Assembly (NCBI GenBank): GCA_032128875.1
Contig: JAVLKG010000004.1
Coordinates: 96,001-160,000, forward strand
Length of the DNA stretch: 64,000 nucleotides
From: Candidatus Melainabacteria bacterium 17Bon1m
GTDB lineage: Bacteria > Cyanobacteriota > Vampirovibrionia > Obscuribacterales > Obscuribacteraceae
Direction of reading: 5' to 3'
Of this stretch, positions 8,929 to 19,845 are shown in pieces (position 1 is the stretch's first letter; each line of letters opens with the position of its first letter). Position numbers and translations under genes: made by a program. Under the pieces are notes generated by a model, which was given only the letters and a program-made list of their open reading frames with translations, had not been told where the DNA came from and did no database searches.

Positions 8929-9951
8929 TTACAGGTACTCTCTCAGTCTTGAGGAGCGACCCGGCTGTCTCAGTTTTCTGAGTGCCTTGAATTCAATCTG
9001 TCTGACACGCTCGCGGGTTACAGCGAACAGTTGTCCGACTTCTTCCAGAGTCCGTTGTCTGCCGTCATCGAGACCGAAACGCAGGCGGAGCACATCGCGC
9101 TCGCGAGGTGTCAGTTCGTTGAGCATCTTCGCCAAGTCTTGGCGCAGAAGTTCGTGGGTGACGGTGGTTTCTGGTCTGTCAGTTTCTGCGTCTTCAATGA
9201 AATCGCCAAGGCGGGAATCTTCTTCCTTACCAATTGGTGTTTCCAGTGAAATAGGCTCTTTAGCTGCTTTGATGATTTCGTGCAGTTTGACCAGAGAGAC
9301 ATCCATCGACTTAGCCAGTTCTTGTTCAGTCGGCTTGCGATTCAGTTCTTGAGCCAGTTGGCGCGTAACCTTCTTCAGCTTGTTGATTGTTTCAACCATG
9401 TGCACAGGCACACGGATTGTGCGCGACTTGTCTGCCAGAGCGCGGGTGATTGCTTGACGAATCCACCATGTGGCGTATGTCGAGAACTTGTAGCCGCGTT
9501 CGTGGTCGAATTTTTCTGACGCACGGATGAGACCGAGGTTGCCTTCTTGAATCAAATCAAGGAAGGAAAGTCCGCGTCCGATGTACTTCTTGGCGATGGA
9601 TACAACTAAGCGGAGGTTCGCTTGGACGAGTTTACGTTTCGCCATCATGTCGCCTTGCAGAATTCTGCGTGCGAGTTCAATTTCTTCGTCCGGCTTGAGC
9701 AGTTGAATACGACCGATCTCACGGAGATACAGTCTTACCGAATCTTCGGTTGCAATTTCTCTGCTGGAGGGAAGTTCTACTGGAGTGTCGTCATCATCCG
9801 CCAACGGATCTTCTTCGTCATCAATGATGGTGAATTGATCGCCATCATCCATAAGATCCAGGTCTTCCAGTTCATTTCTTTTTGCAATGTTCTCGTCTTC
9901 TACGAGTGCACCGCCCATAACTTTTTCGCTATCCGGGGACTTTTTCGCCAT
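8929..9951 (-). CDS. rpoD: RNA polymerase sigma-70 factor, RpoD/SigA family
   Basis: [77 protein letters not shown]. Group 1 versus group 2 not resolved. Confidence 0.92.
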   Translation of the reverse strand: MAKKSPDSEKVMGGALVEDENIAKRNELEDLDLMDDGDQFTIIDDEEDPLADDDDTPVELPSSREIATEDSVRLYLREIGRIQLLKPDEEIELARRILQGDMMAKRKLVQANLRLVVSIAKKYIGRGLSFLDLIQEGNLGLIRASEKFDHERGYKFSTYATWWIRQAITRALADKSRTIRVPVHMVETINKLKKVTRQLAQELNRKPTEQELAKSMDVSLVKLHEIIKAAKEPISLETPIGKEEDSRLGDFIEDAETDRPETTVTHELLRQDLAKMLNELTPRERDVLRLRFGLDDGRQRTLEEVGQLFAVTRERVRQIEFKALRKLRQPGRSSRLREYL

Positions 9952-10509
9952 AACTGCCTCTATATAAGGGTTTCGATTTCGAGCAGGTAAGCAACGCAAA
10001 CCAAAATCGACTGTTCGCCGCGATTAGAAAGCTCTTATTCCATCCGAATGGTTTTTTAAATGTCCCCGAAGCGGACCAATTGTTATGGATGGAGAGAATT
10101 CCTAAGCGAACTCCGTTTTTGCATCATAGGTGCGTCTTTTGTATTCAAGTGGTTTCTAAATAGTTCCCTAACAATTCCACGCAATCATGTTGTGACCGAC
10201 ATATATGTCACAGTGCTCAAAGGCAGGGCGGGTCAGTTAGGAAGAGTCATCCAGATTCCTTCTTATATGGTGCGGAGGGTTTCCGTACCATTTTTATTTC
10301 GTACGCGCAGCGCCAGACCGGGCGTACACAGGCGTTTGTTTGTGGCGTTCTGAACGGAGGACGTCAAGAGGTCGCCGGGCGCCAAGAAATAACGGTTGCT
10401 TGGCAACGCCTAACTGCAGTATAAGTGCGGAATTGAACTTGTGCGCGTCTTGTTAACGGAGTTTAAGGCATTCGAAACAAAACGCTCGAGTCTGAAAAGC
10501 GACAAAGGG

Positions 10510-12780
10510 TTACGGTTTTCGGTTTTTGAGCGAACGTTCCTGCAATACTTTTAACTGATCTCGCAGTTCAACAGCGCGCTCGAAATCCAGATTCTTGGCG
10601 GCTTGCTTCATTTCCTTCTCCAACTTCTTAATCAGACCAGGTATCGCTCTTTGCTTGCTACCGGCTGTTTCTCTGCGGGTTTCCCCACCCTCGAGGAAGA
10701 GCATCTCTCCAATTGAAAGTTCGTCTGATTCCTCTGGTCTGCCGCGCAGAGCTTCCAATATAGGATTCGACACATGTTTCATAATCGTTTGCGGAACGAT
10801 GCCGTGCTTGTCGTTGAACGCTTGCTGCAAGGCGCGGCGGCGTTCCGTTTCTCCAATTGCTTTAGACATGGAATCAGTCATGCGATCGGCATACATGATC
10901 ACCTGACCGGCTGCGTTTCTCGCTGCCCGTCCGATCGTCTGTACAAGCGATCGCTCAGCCCGCAAAAAACCCTCTTTGTCGGCTTCCATAATTACGACAA
11001 GGCTCACTTCAGGAAGGTCTAGCCCTTCTCTTAATAGGTTGACGCCTACAAGAACATCGAATTCACCAAGTCTCAAATCACGCAAAAGCTCGATGCGCTC
11101 AAGAGCTTTCACATCGCTGTGCAGCCAGCGTACTTTGATTCCCAGCTCTTGCAGGTATTCAGTGAGGTCCTCGGCCATGCGTTTGGTCAAGGTCGTAACA
11201 AGCACTCTTTCTTGTCTTGCTGTGCGCGTCTTGATCTCACTAATGAGGTCATCAATCTGACCTTCGATTGGTCGAACGTGAATTTCAGGGTCTACAAGTC
11301 CGGTTGGACGAATAATCTGCTCAACGACCTGACTGCTGATTTTCAGTTCGTTGTCACCGGGTGTTGCAGAAACGAATACGACTTTTCCGACTTTTGAGAA
11401 GAACTCATCGTATGTTAAAGGACGATTGTCGCGCGCGCAGGGCAGGCGGAAACCATACTCAATCAGCGTGTCTTTACGCGAACGATCGCCACCGTACATT
11501 CCCTGCAGCTGCGGCAAGGTGACATGCGATTCATCTATAAAGGTTAGAAAACCATCTCGACCGAACTTCCGTACGAAATAATCCACTAACGTCTGAGGCG
11601 GCATACCAGGAGCTCTTCCTTCCAGTACACGTGAATAGTTTTCGATACCGTTGCAATATCCAACTTCTTTGAGCATCTCGATGTCGAAACGCGTGCGCTG
11701 TTTCAATCTTTGCGCTTCCAGAAGTTTGCCTTGCGAACCCAGCTCTTCAAGCCGGTCGGCAAGTTCTTGTTCAATCTGTTCGATCGATCTTTCCAACTCT
11801 TGCTCATCGGCAACATAGTGTTTTGCAGGATAAATCCTGGCGATATCTGCCAGCTCCTCAATTTCACCAGTGACTGGATTCACGATGGCGAGCCGTTCTA
11901 TCTCATCGCCGAAAAGTTCGACGCGCAAGATGCGCTCTTCATATGATGGGTAGATTTCTATGACGTCGCCGCGTGCGCGAAAACGCGAGCGTTCGACAAC
12001 CATGTCGTTGCGAGCATAGTGAATATTCACAAGCGCGGTCAAAAGCTCGTGTCTATCAATGATTTGACCGATCTTCAATTCAATTGCAGCCGACAAATAT
12101 CGCTCAGGAACACCAAGACCATATATGCAGCTGACAGAACCAACGACGACTACGTCATTACGCTCCCATAGTGACCGCGTGGTGGAGTGGCGCAGACGAT
12201 CGATTTCATCGTTGATGCTGGCTTCCTTCTCAATGAAAGTATCGGTAGAAGGAATGTACGATTCAGGCTGATAGTAGTCGTAATAACTGATGAAGTACTC
12301 GACCGCGTTGTTTGGGAAAAACTCGCGCATTTCGTTAGTTAGCTGGGCGGCAAGCGTTTTGTTGTGCGCAAGGACCAACGCAGGCATCTGCGTTTCCTTA
12401 ATCACTTGCGCCATTGTCATTGTCTTACCGGAGCCGGTCACACCCAAAAGGGTCTGAAATCGCTCGTTTCGCTCGATGCCGGCCTTAAGCGCTTCAATCG
12501 CCTTTGGCTGGTCGCCTGCCGGTGTGAAGCTGGATACTACTTCGAATTGAATTCTCGGGTTGTCCGGCGCCTTGGGCAGCTCTTTCTGGTACTGCACGCG
12601 AAACTCGCCTTCTTTGGCGATGCGCGACTCCATATTTTTGCCTGCTCCCGAGCCTGCCCCGGCTTCGGTCGGCTCTGCGACTGTGACGCTTTCAACGCCA
12701 CTTTTCTTAGCCTTTTTAGGACGACTGTCTTTCGTACCGTCCTCGGGTCCGTTGTTGGTGTTTGCTTGTTTTCTAGGCAT
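10510..12780 (-). CDS. uvrB: Excinuclease ABC subunit B
   Basis: [58 protein letters not shown]-terminal UVR domain. Has a low-complexity N-terminal extension. Confidence 0.98.
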   Translation of the reverse strand: MPRKQANTNNGPEDGTKDSRPKKAKKSGVESVTVAEPTEAGAGSGAGKNMESRIAKEGEFRVQYQKELPKAPDNPRIQFEVVSSFTPAGDQPKAIEALKAGIERNERFQTLLGVTGSGKTMTMAQVIKETQMPALVLAHNKTLAAQLTNEMREFFPNNAVEYFISYYDYYQPESYIPSTDTFIEKEASINDEIDRLRHSTTRSLWERNDVVVVGSVSCIYGLGVPERYLSAAIELKIGQIIDRHELLTALVNIHYARNDMVVERSRFRARGDVIEIYPSYEERILRVELFGDEIERLAIVNPVTGEIEELADIARIYPAKHYVADEQELERSIEQIEQELADRLEELGSQGKLLEAQRLKQRTRFDIEMLKEVGYCNGIENYSRVLEGRAPGMPPQTLVDYFVRKFGRDGFLTFIDESHVTLPQLQGMYGGDRSRKDTLIEYGFRLPCARDNRPLTYDEFFSKVGKVVFVSATPGDNELKISSQVVEQIIRPTGLVDPEIHVRPIEGQIDDLISEIKTRTARQERVLVTTLTKRMAEDLTEYLQELGIKVRWLHSDVKALERIELLRDLRLGEFDVLVGVNLLREGLDLPEVSLVVIMEADKEGFLRAERSLVQTIGRAARNAAGQVIMYADRMTDSMSKAIGETERRRALQQAFNDKHGIVPQTIMKHVSNPILEALRGRPEESDELSIGEMLFLEGGETRRETAGSKQRAIPGLIKKLEKEMKQAAKNLDFERAVELRDQLKVLQERSLKNRKP

Positions 12781-12813
12781 TAGGTTTCACGTTGCGATCT
12801 TGCTCTACGCATC

Positions 12814-12867
12814 GTAGGGGCGACATACATGCCGCCCTGAATATGGAGCCGCATGCGGCTCCCCTAC
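12814..12867. repeat. REP doublet (REPIN-like)
   Basis: GTAG-GGGCGACATACATGCCGCCC...GGAGCCGCATGCGGCTCCC-CTAC, with inverted GTAG feet. Confidence 0.88.
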
Positions 12868-12880
12868 ACAGACACGAATA

Positions 12881-13096
12881 TCAGGCTTGCGGCTTAGCGC
12901 TGTCTTCCTGAGTAGACTGCTTTTCTTCGACTTCCAAGGCCGTCTTCAATTCAGACTGAGCATCGGTCAAACTCTTCTTGAAATTGCCCAGTCCCTGTCC
13001 AAGCGCCTTGCCGAGCTCCGGCAGCTTCTTGGGGCCAAACAGCACGAGTGCCAGAACTCCGACAATCATAATTTCGCCGGGACCTACGTTGAACAT
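12881..13096 (-). CDS. tatA: Twin-arginine translocase TatA/TatE subunit
   Basis: [37 protein letters not shown]. Confidence 0.95.
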   Translation of the reverse strand: MFNVGPGEIMIVGVLALVLFGPKKLPELGKALGQGLGNFKKSLTDAQSELKTALEVEEKQSTQEDSAKPQA

Positions 13097-13171
13097 TGGC
13101 TGTCCTCTTTGCTCGTGATTAACTGCATCCTAATCCTAACATGAATATGCGGCGCCTTCCGCGCTAGCCGT

Positions 13172-15187
13172 CTAAGGTGACGCCTTAGAGCCTGTCTTGC
13201 TTTCAGTCGCGGGCTTCTCTGTTCCCGACTTCTCGGCTCCGGATTTTTCGCTACCTGCCTCCTTCGTGCTGCCGCCCTGACTGCCTTCGGCGGATTTAGT
13301 CTCCGGCTTTGGCTCTACTTTTCGGGGATCAGGTATCGGCGTGTAGTCGGAAAGCATTGTGGCAAGCGGTGATTTGAAGTTGCCCGATTTTGCGCGGTCG
13401 GATAGTTCGGCTACGAGCGCGTCCATATATGCATATTCCGGAACCAAACCGAGGGGCGCCAGGTGCTCAACAATGTTTGCGGCATCGAGCGATGAGTTGG
13501 GTTTGTTTGAAGAGAAATTGTTGATGTTCATCTTGCAAATCGTAGAAACGTAAACAGGCTCAGGATTCAAGCGCAACCATTTGGGCTTGCACTCGAAAAG
13601 CTTATTGTAGAGGTAGGCTATATGCGGGTGATCCGGCTGCCTCTGAGTGTGTGCGACGCGAGCACCGAAAAGACCGAACAGCATTTTCGGATAACCAGCG
13701 ACCACGTCTTTGATGTAGATAGCGCCGTCTCTGGCCTCAAAATAGGCTTTGCTGGTCGGCATTTTGGCGATAGTGGTCGGCCATTTTGTTCTGTCGACTT
13801 TCCAGTTGTTGATTACTTGCTGAGCTTCTTCGAAGGTTTTGCAGGTCGCAAGGCGGTTTTTGATTTTCTCGGAGAGAATCTTTTTCTCTTCGTCTTGCAC
13901 TCCAAAGAGTTTTTCCGTGAGCATTTTGGCAATCGCGGCGTCCTGCTCCTTTTGCGAAAGAGGCTTCTTTGGCTTTTTATCTGCTTCTGCGTCGGCGGTC
14001 GCCTGGGGCTCGGATTTCTTTGCGTCCGGTTTTGCAAAGAACCTTTTGATTGGTGAGCCTTTTGCTGTTACCGATTTTTGCTCTTCGCCTTTTGCTCCGT
14101 CAGACCTTTGCCCGTCTGGCTTTTGCCCATCTGGCTTTTGCCCATCACCTTTTTGCCCATCACCTTTTTGATTAGCCGCGGCTGCTGGTTTTGCACCTGC
14201 TCCGCCCATCGTTCTTTCAAAAACTTTGTGTCTGATCAAGGCTTCTACAATGGGTGGCGCGTAAATCTGTTTATCCAATCCGACTTCGCTGGCAAAATTT
14301 AGAGCGAATTCTGAAGCTTCATCCCAGGTTTTGTTGTTGTTCTCATCGAAGTAGAGAACCCCTTTCAATTCTGTCTCTCCGCGCTTTTTCGCAACGCCTG
14401 GGTGTCTGCGAGCGTTTTGCACATACATGAGTTTGCGATAGTCGACCAGAATTTGACCGGCAGCGGCGCTGCCTTCTCTGTAATGTCGGTTCAAAAACAT
14501 ATCTTTGACGGTGCCCAGATTGTCTGGTGCAAACATGCAGCCGGCGGCGCCTTCAAAGAAAGCGAGATACGACACGAATGGTATTTTTTCTTGATGCTTT
14601 GCCAGCGTGACGAGTGCAAGGTTGGCGCCGGTCTCCCAGGCTACTAAGCCAAGGACGCTCTGGTCGAGTTTTACAGGAATTAGATCTTTGACCGAGCGAC
14701 CTTTGTAATCGTTAGTCTCACCTCTCATAAAGAGGATGACATCCTTGAGAGCTGTGCTGCAGCTCTCGCCAAAATTGTCGAATATTCCGTCGGAATGGAA
14801 TTGGCGAATTCCACAGCCCGGATAAGCAAAGCGTACTTCCGCGATACCGCAATTGGCTGCGTGCATGGACATGGACAAACTTGTTGATTCGTTGCCGCTG
14901 ACGACAATCGCAATCGGTGCGCCGGCTTTATATCTCACTTTCTCAGGAAAGATGATATTGACGGCAATGCCGTTGCCGGGCGCGACAGACGAAGGCACAT
15001 AAGTGCTCACGGAATCCTCGACAACGGGCACCGGTTTTTTAAGAACTGCCTCAGGCAACAACGTCCGCGCTTCGGCAGGCGAGCCTGTCGACAAATTTGC
15101 GGAGATGCTGGACAAAACCATTAAGAGCGAAATCGCAAGAACCATAGCCGTTTTGCGTGTTTCTTTCTTCTTTCGGTTGCTTACCAT
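13172..15187 (-). CDS. Exported protein, degenerate alpha/beta-hydrolase-like with a low-complexity insertion
   Basis: Signal peptide, GAPIAIVV, LKDVILFMRG, LGLVAWETGANLA at the elbow position, QKxDG repeats. Confidence 0.7.
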   Translation of the reverse strand: MVSNRKKKETRKTAMVLAISLLMVLSSISANLSTGSPAEARTLLPEAVLKKPVPVVEDSVSTYVPSSVAPGNGIAVNIIFPEKVRYKAGAPIAIVVSGNESTSLSMSMHAANCGIAEVRFAYPGCGIRQFHSDGIFDNFGESCSTALKDVILFMRGETNDYKGRSVKDLIPVKLDQSVLGLVAWETGANLALVTLAKHQEKIPFVSYLAFFEGAAGCMFAPDNLGTVKDMFLNRHYREGSAAAGQILVDYRKLMYVQNARRHPGVAKKRGETELKGVLYFDENNNKTWDEASEFALNFASEVGLDKQIYAPPIVEALIRHKVFERTMGGAGAKPAAAANQKGDGQKGDGQKPDGQKPDGQRSDGAKGEEQKSVTAKGSPIKRFFAKPDAKKSEPQATADAEADKKPKKPLSQKEQDAAIAKMLTEKLFGVQDEEKKILSEKIKNRLATCKTFEEAQQVINNWKVDRTKWPTTIAKMPTSKAYFEARDGAIYIKDVVAGYPKMLFGLFGARVAHTQRQPDHPHIAYLYNKLFECKPKWLRLNPEPVYVSTICKMNINNFSSNKPNSSLDAANIVEHLAPLGLVPEYAYMDALVAELSDRAKSGNFKSPLATMLSDYTPIPDPRKVEPKPETKSAEGSQGGSTKEAGSEKSGAEKSGTEKPATESKTGSKASP
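14096..14170 (-). repeat. Coding 15-bp tandem repeat, 5 copies
   Basis: Encodes QKGDG QKGDG QKPDG QKPDG QRSDG. Confidence 0.85.
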
Positions 15188-15272
15188 CTAAACCATTCCT
15201 GATTGCTGTCGATTTCCATTCAATCCGAATTGAAAATTGTTTGCCATTTTTTTTGCGAAACAATTTTGCCAG

Positions 15273-17423
15273 TCAACTTTCTAGGTTAACCTTGTCACCC
15301 GGAATTATTGGTTGCAGTTTTGGAAAGTCTGCGACCGCTGCGAAGTGCTTGTAAATCCGGTTGAGGAGCGCTCTTCGATTAGCTCGCTTCTTCTCGTCCT
15401 CATCATTCACCATGACTTTTTCGAAGAATCCGTCAATTTCTGGTGTCACTTTTGCCAGCAGTTTTAACGCCTTCTCGTTGTCTGCAATTTTTTCTTTAGC
15501 GATTACTTCTTCGACTTCCTTTGAAAACTTCGCCCACAATTTCTTCTCGGCATCTTCGCTGAAGAGTGATTCAGAAACCTCATCACCAGCCGGTCCTTGC
15601 AAGATACGACCAATGCGATTTCCAACTCTGAACAGCGCCAGGCCCTCTTCGGTTTTTGCCAGCGATTCGATCAGTGCCAGGCGCTTCAAAACATCGCTCA
15701 CATCAACAAGCGGATCTTTTATTGAAAGCACAGCATCGATAATCTCTCTGCTTCTGCCGCCTTCGAGCAATCTTGCCTTCAATCTTTGAACAATGAAATC
15801 GTTGACTTCAGCACGAATCTCTTCGCGTTTGAACCCACGCTTGGAGTTTTTCAGTTTAGGTTCAAACTCATCGAGCAACTTTTCAACAAGTGCGGATACC
15901 GAGAGTGCTTTCTCGGAAAGTCCATGCACAAGGATATCTACGAGGCCCTGAGCTTGTCTTCGCAACGCATACGGATCGCTTGAACCGGACGGTTTCTTTC
16001 CGAGTGCAAACAACCCAACAACGTTGTCCAATTTATCGATTGCCGAAACGAGCTGTCCGACTGAATCTTTTGGAATGCCATCGTCAGTGTGTCTTGGAGC
16101 GTAATGCGAAGAGATGGCGGTGACGATTTCCGGCGGTTCGCCTTCTTTTTTCGCGTACCAAGATCCGACATAACCTTGCAACTCCGGCAACTCGCGAACA
16201 AGGTTACTGACCAGGTCAAGCTTGCACAATTTGGCGGTCCGCTCCAGGCACATCTTAACGTTGCTATCCAGAGCAAGCGTGTCTACGATCTGTCCGGCTA
16301 GCATTATCAGGCGATCGACCTTTTCACCGTAGCTTCCCAGACCTTCCTGGAAAGTGAGCTGGTCGAGAGCTTCTTTGCGATCGGACAGTTTTGTCTTTTG
16401 ATCATCGAAGTAAAAGAATTTGCCGTCTGCCAGACGTGCTTTGATAACGCGCTCGTTGCCTTGCTTAATCGAGGCTTGAGCTTCTTTTCTGTCATTGTTG
16501 GAGATTGTTATGAAGTACGGCAGCAAATTGTTGTCGTCGCCGTTTTTCGTTTTCTTCTCAATGGGGAAGTATCGCTGATGGTGCACCATGATCGTCTCGA
16601 TCAAAGTGTCCGGTAGCTCCAAATACTCTTTTCCAAATTCACCGACCACAGGATGCGGCCATTCGGTCAAATTGACGACTTCATCCAAAAGCGAGCCGCC
16701 CAACTGGCGCGCATCACCACCCAATTCTTTGGCTCGATCGAGCACTCCGGCTTCAATTGCCTTGCGGCGCTCGGCTGGATCGACGATTACCTTGGCGTTT
16801 TTCAGCTTATCGCTGTACTCCGAGGGGTTCTTCAAGTTGATGTCGCCGGGCGATAGGATGCGATGTCCTTGCGTAATACGTCCGGACTTGAGCCCTTCCA
16901 GTTGAAACTCGACTACTTCATCGTCCAACAACGACACGATCCACCTGATCGGTCTTGAGAACTTCATTGTGTTAGAACCCCAGACCATCGGTCGCTCAAA
17001 CGGCAATTGCCCGACCAAGCCCGGCGCTATTTCTTGAAACACTGCTTGTGCAGTCTTTCCTACAACCGTCACATTGGCAAAAAGGTGTTCGGCGCCCCCA
17101 ACTTCCTCTCGCTCCAACTGTTCCACTGTTAAGCCGTGCTTGCCTGCAAAACCAGTGGCTTGAGGCGTCGGTTTGCCATCTGCACCGAAAGCTTGCTGAA
17201 CTTTTGGACCTTTGACGCGATTGGTGGTCGTTTCCTGCTTGGCTTGAACGTTCTTGACCATGACGACCAGCCGCCGGGGGGTCGACATTGCTTTGACGCT
17301 GTCAAAAGCCAAATTGTGGGACTTAAGCGAGTCCCCCATCAGCTGTTCCAGCTTTGCCTGCGCCTCATTGATTTGGCCGGCGGGCAGTTCTTCAGTTCCA
17401 ATTTCCAGCAGGTAGTCAGGCAT
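15273..17423 (-). CDS. glyS: Glycine--tRNA ligase beta subunit
   Basis: LLEIGTEELPA, TPRRL, FSRPIRW, HQRYFP, GNERVIKARLADGKFF, ELQG, GSSDPYALRR, C-terminal DALR domain. Confidence 0.97.
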   Translation of the reverse strand: MPDYLLEIGTEELPAGQINEAQAKLEQLMGDSLKSHNLAFDSVKAMSTPRRLVVMVKNVQAKQETTTNRVKGPKVQQAFGADGKPTPQATGFAGKHGLTVEQLEREEVGGAEHLFANVTVVGKTAQAVFQEIAPGLVGQLPFERPMVWGSNTMKFSRPIRWIVSLLDDEVVEFQLEGLKSGRITQGHRILSPGDINLKNPSEYSDKLKNAKVIVDPAERRKAIEAGVLDRAKELGGDARQLGGSLLDEVVNLTEWPHPVVGEFGKEYLELPDTLIETIMVHHQRYFPIEKKTKNGDDNNLLPYFITISNNDRKEAQASIKQGNERVIKARLADGKFFYFDDQKTKLSDRKEALDQLTFQEGLGSYGEKVDRLIMLAGQIVDTLALDSNVKMCLERTAKLCKLDLVSNLVRELPELQGYVGSWYAKKEGEPPEIVTAISSHYAPRHTDDGIPKDSVGQLVSAIDKLDNVVGLFALGKKPSGSSDPYALRRQAQGLVDILVHGLSEKALSVSALVEKLLDEFEPKLKNSKRGFKREEIRAEVNDFIVQRLKARLLEGGRSREIIDAVLSIKDPLVDVSDVLKRLALIESLAKTEEGLALFRVGNRIGRILQGPAGDEVSESLFSEDAEKKLWAKFSKEVEEVIAKEKIADNEKALKLLAKVTPEIDGFFEKVMVNDEDEKKRANRRALLNRIYKHFAAVADFPKLQPIIPGDKVNLES

Positions 17424-17575
17424 AATTCATTTCTTTATAGGACGACAACGAAGGTCCAATTATAGAGAACGAGCCTGCTTAGCGTCTTCAAGTGTAAAGG
17501 GTATATTGTATGGGCGATGGAGGGTGACGCCCTTACCAGGCTACTGGCGCGTTTTCGGCGAATAATCTAGTTTTT

Positions 17576-18007
17576 ATGGACCCCACGCTTTTACTCGGAA
17601 TCGCAATAGCCGTTGTCATATCGCTGGCGCTCGTCGCTCGCAATGTTCTCTATGGCGAAGAAGGCGTCATAACCAAGAAAAGGCGCCTGGAAACCGGCGA
17701 CCTTGAGGTGTCTGTGCGCACCTCGGGCAACGAGTACGTGCTCGACGACCTGATGGCGCTGATGAAAAACTATTCTTTGTCAGGCAGAAACGACGAGGCA
17801 ATCGCGGCGGCAAGAAAAGCTTTGAATATCGCCGAGCAAGAATTCGGGAAGTCTGACGATGCGATTATCCCGATTTTGGAAGCATATGCAGACGTTATGC
17901 AACGCGCAAAACGCAATGTCGAGGCAAAGAATTTGAAGGAGCGAATAAGAGCGATTCGTGAGAAAAAACCTTATGAAGAGCGTTCGTTCAAACGTTCGAG
18001 ACGGTAA
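17576..18007 (+). CDS. Membrane-anchored TPR protein
   Basis: N-terminal TM helix. GRNDEAIAAARKALNIAEQEFG...ILEAYA. Confidence 0.75.
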   Translation: MDPTLLLGIAIAVVISLALVARNVLYGEEGVITKKRRLETGDLEVSVRTSGNEYVLDDLMALMKNYSLSGRNDEAIAAARKALNIAEQEFGKSDDAIIPILEAYADVMQRAKRNVEAKNLKERIRAIREKKPYEERSFKRSRR

Positions 18008-18022
18008 CAGGAGAGGGCACCA

Positions 18023-19042
18023 TTGGTGGTGAAACTTAATTCAAAATTTTATGCACTTTCTTTTGCGTGTCTTAGTTTTTCTTTGTTCTTCAACACGCTA
18101 ACGGCGCATGGCTACAACGAGAGCGGCGCCTATGCAGGTTTGGAGTTTTATGGTTCGCCGCAAATGTCGAGAGAGGAAGTCGAGAAATTTCTCGGCTTGC
18201 ACAATGGTTCGTCATATAAATCAGCAGTCTCGGGGGTGGCGCGTCTAAAGCGCGAATTGAAGGCGCGACGCATGGACGCGAATGTTCAAATTGTCACCGG
18301 TGATGGTTCAGATATTTATGTCTCCGTTGATATTTTAGGTGACGAAAACGAGATGCCTTGTCGTATTCTGCAAGAGCCGCATCAAGTTAACTTTCGCAGT
18401 GAAGAGCCCGTTATGCTTTTGCAAAAACTGCATGAGAGGATGGATTCTCTTGAAGCAGAAGGGCGCCCTGTGAGCGAAGAATTTCGTGACGGGGTCAAAT
18501 ATTATTCAGACGAGCCTTGCAATCAGATTGTGCGGGAGCTGATTCGGCATTGCGAGCCGATGCGTGACGAGTTGATCTACCTGATTGATCATGACCCTAA
18601 TAATGTTCGGCGCCTATGCGCGGCCGAACTTTTAAGCTGGGCTGGTAATGTTCCAGATACGGCTGCGCGCTTGCTTCCAGCCGTGGACGACGTTGACTTG
18701 AAAGTGCGCACTACTGTCACGCGTTATCTTTTTAAGAGTTTGCCTTTATTGCCTGATGACTTTCCATTTGCCGATATGGTGGATGTTTATAGCCGTGACC
18801 TGGCGCGCCCGTCACATGAGGATCGCTCGAAGTCTCTGTACATGTTACTGGCCATATTGAAGAGGCGCCCGGAGCTGGTCAGGCAAGTCCGGTCGCTGGA
18901 TGAAAAGAGGATTCAACAATTGAAAGCTCGGTCGCTGGTACCCTCGATAAAATTGGCGTGCGCTCAATTCGATAAGGTGTTTACCCGCGCAAACGTAGGC
19001 CTGACGGACGTCATACCAAATTTGGATTTTTTGCAGCCATAA
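18023..19042 (+). CDS. Exported protein, POTRA-like N-terminus plus HEAT-like repeats
   Basis: Signal peptide, LEFYGSPQMSREEVEKFLGL, HDPNNVRRLCAAELL, DDVDLKVR. Confidence 0.65.
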   Translation: MVVKLNSKFYALSFACLSFSLFFNTLTAHGYNESGAYAGLEFYGSPQMSREEVEKFLGLHNGSSYKSAVSGVARLKRELKARRMDANVQIVTGDGSDIYVSVDILGDENEMPCRILQEPHQVNFRSEEPVMLLQKLHERMDSLEAEGRPVSEEFRDGVKYYSDEPCNQIVRELIRHCEPMRDELIYLIDHDPNNVRRLCAAELLSWAGNVPDTAARLLPAVDDVDLKVRTTVTRYLFKSLPLLPDDFPFADMVDVYSRDLARPSHEDRSKSLYMLLAILKRRPELVRQVRSLDEKRIQQLKARSLVPSIKLACAQFDKVFTRANVGLTDVIPNLDFLQP

Positions 19043-19168
19043 CAGTTTGAAACGTGATTACTGGGGTATTATCAAGTTAGTCGGTGGGAGTGGCTTGCAG
19101 CCTCGTTTAGACTATCTGTCATGAGGGCGCCTCCCATCGGCTCTTTTATATGTCACCGAATAATCGAA

Positions 19169-19477
19169 TCAGACTATACGCCCGGAGCCGTCGTATAGGA
19201 GGCGTTCTACGGGCTGCCCTCCGATTAGGTGTGACTCAACGATTTCTTTTACATCGTCTGGTGTGACGTGTGCGTACCAGACAGACTCGGGATAGACGAC
19301 CATCACTGCGCCATGTCCGCACTGGTCGAAACAGCCTGCTTTATTAATGCGGATTTGCTTTTTTAGCCCGCGCTCGGAGATTTCCTTTCTCAATAAATCG
19401 CAAACTTCAATTGAGCCGGAGCCGGGACAGGTTTTGCCCGAAACGCATACAAAAACGTGTTTTTCGAAAACTTGCAT
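19169..19477 (-). CDS. Thioredoxin-like [2Fe-2S] ferredoxin
   Basis: HVFVC..GKTC, RINKAGCFDQCGHG, VVYPESVWY, IVESHLIGGQPVERL. Confidence 0.93.
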   Translation of the reverse strand: MQVFEKHVFVCVSGKTCPGSGSIEVCDLLRKEISERGLKKQIRINKAGCFDQCGHGAVMVVYPESVWYAHVTPDDVKEIVESHLIGGQPVERLLYDGSGRIV

Positions 19478-19534
19478 AGTTGCCTCAATCTATTAAGAAA
19501 CACTTACAGTTTGGCTCATTGAGCGGCAGAACGC

Positions 19535-19563
19535 TTGACCAATAACCATATTATTGGAAGAAT
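19535..19563 (+). promoter_or_regulatory. Candidate sigma70 promoter of rplJL with an overlapping palindrome
   Basis: TTGACC-17nt-AAGAAT with TG upstream of the -10. CCAATAA-N5-TTATTGG at 19539-19557. Confidence 0.5.
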
Positions 19564-19584
19564 CTACCTTCGCACTTTGCGATT

Positions 19585-19766
19585 AGACCGCAGACAGCAC
19601 GGTGCCCTTGCGTGAGCGGGGCTTAATCACTGGATATTAGCGTATCTAGAGCCGGCTTGAGGTCACAATTCGACATAGCGCACGGTTAGCCCCGAGCGTT
19701 TTTCGATACAGGGGGAATACCCTCTGCTTGTGATCCCGCGGAAATATCCCTGGGATTTTTTCTTTT
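19585..19766 (+). ncRNA. Ribosomal protein L10 leader with downstream attenuator hairpin
   Basis: AGACCGCAGACAGC...CTTAAT...GCTTGAGGTC matches the L10-leader pattern and lies upstream of rplJ. Hairpin ATCCC...GGGAT + T-run at 19733-19766. Confidence 0.8.
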
Positions 19767-19845
19767 CTGGGGAGTTTCAAGAAGTTGCGTTGCACTTGTC
19801 CTTCTGGTTCTTAGCAGACCAGATGGATCGAATAAGGAGGCGCTA

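Noticed and set aside
10191-10212. TGTGAC-N10-GTCACA upstream of the sigma gene as a CRP site
   Set aside because: The spacing does not fit TGTGA-N6-TCACA, and I saw only one occurrence.
12881-15187. tatA with a dedicated upstream Tat substrate
   Set aside because: The upstream protein lacks a twin-arginine motif.
15273-17423. glyS without glyQ as an anomaly
   Set aside because: Unlinked glyQ and glyS is common, including in cyanobacteria.
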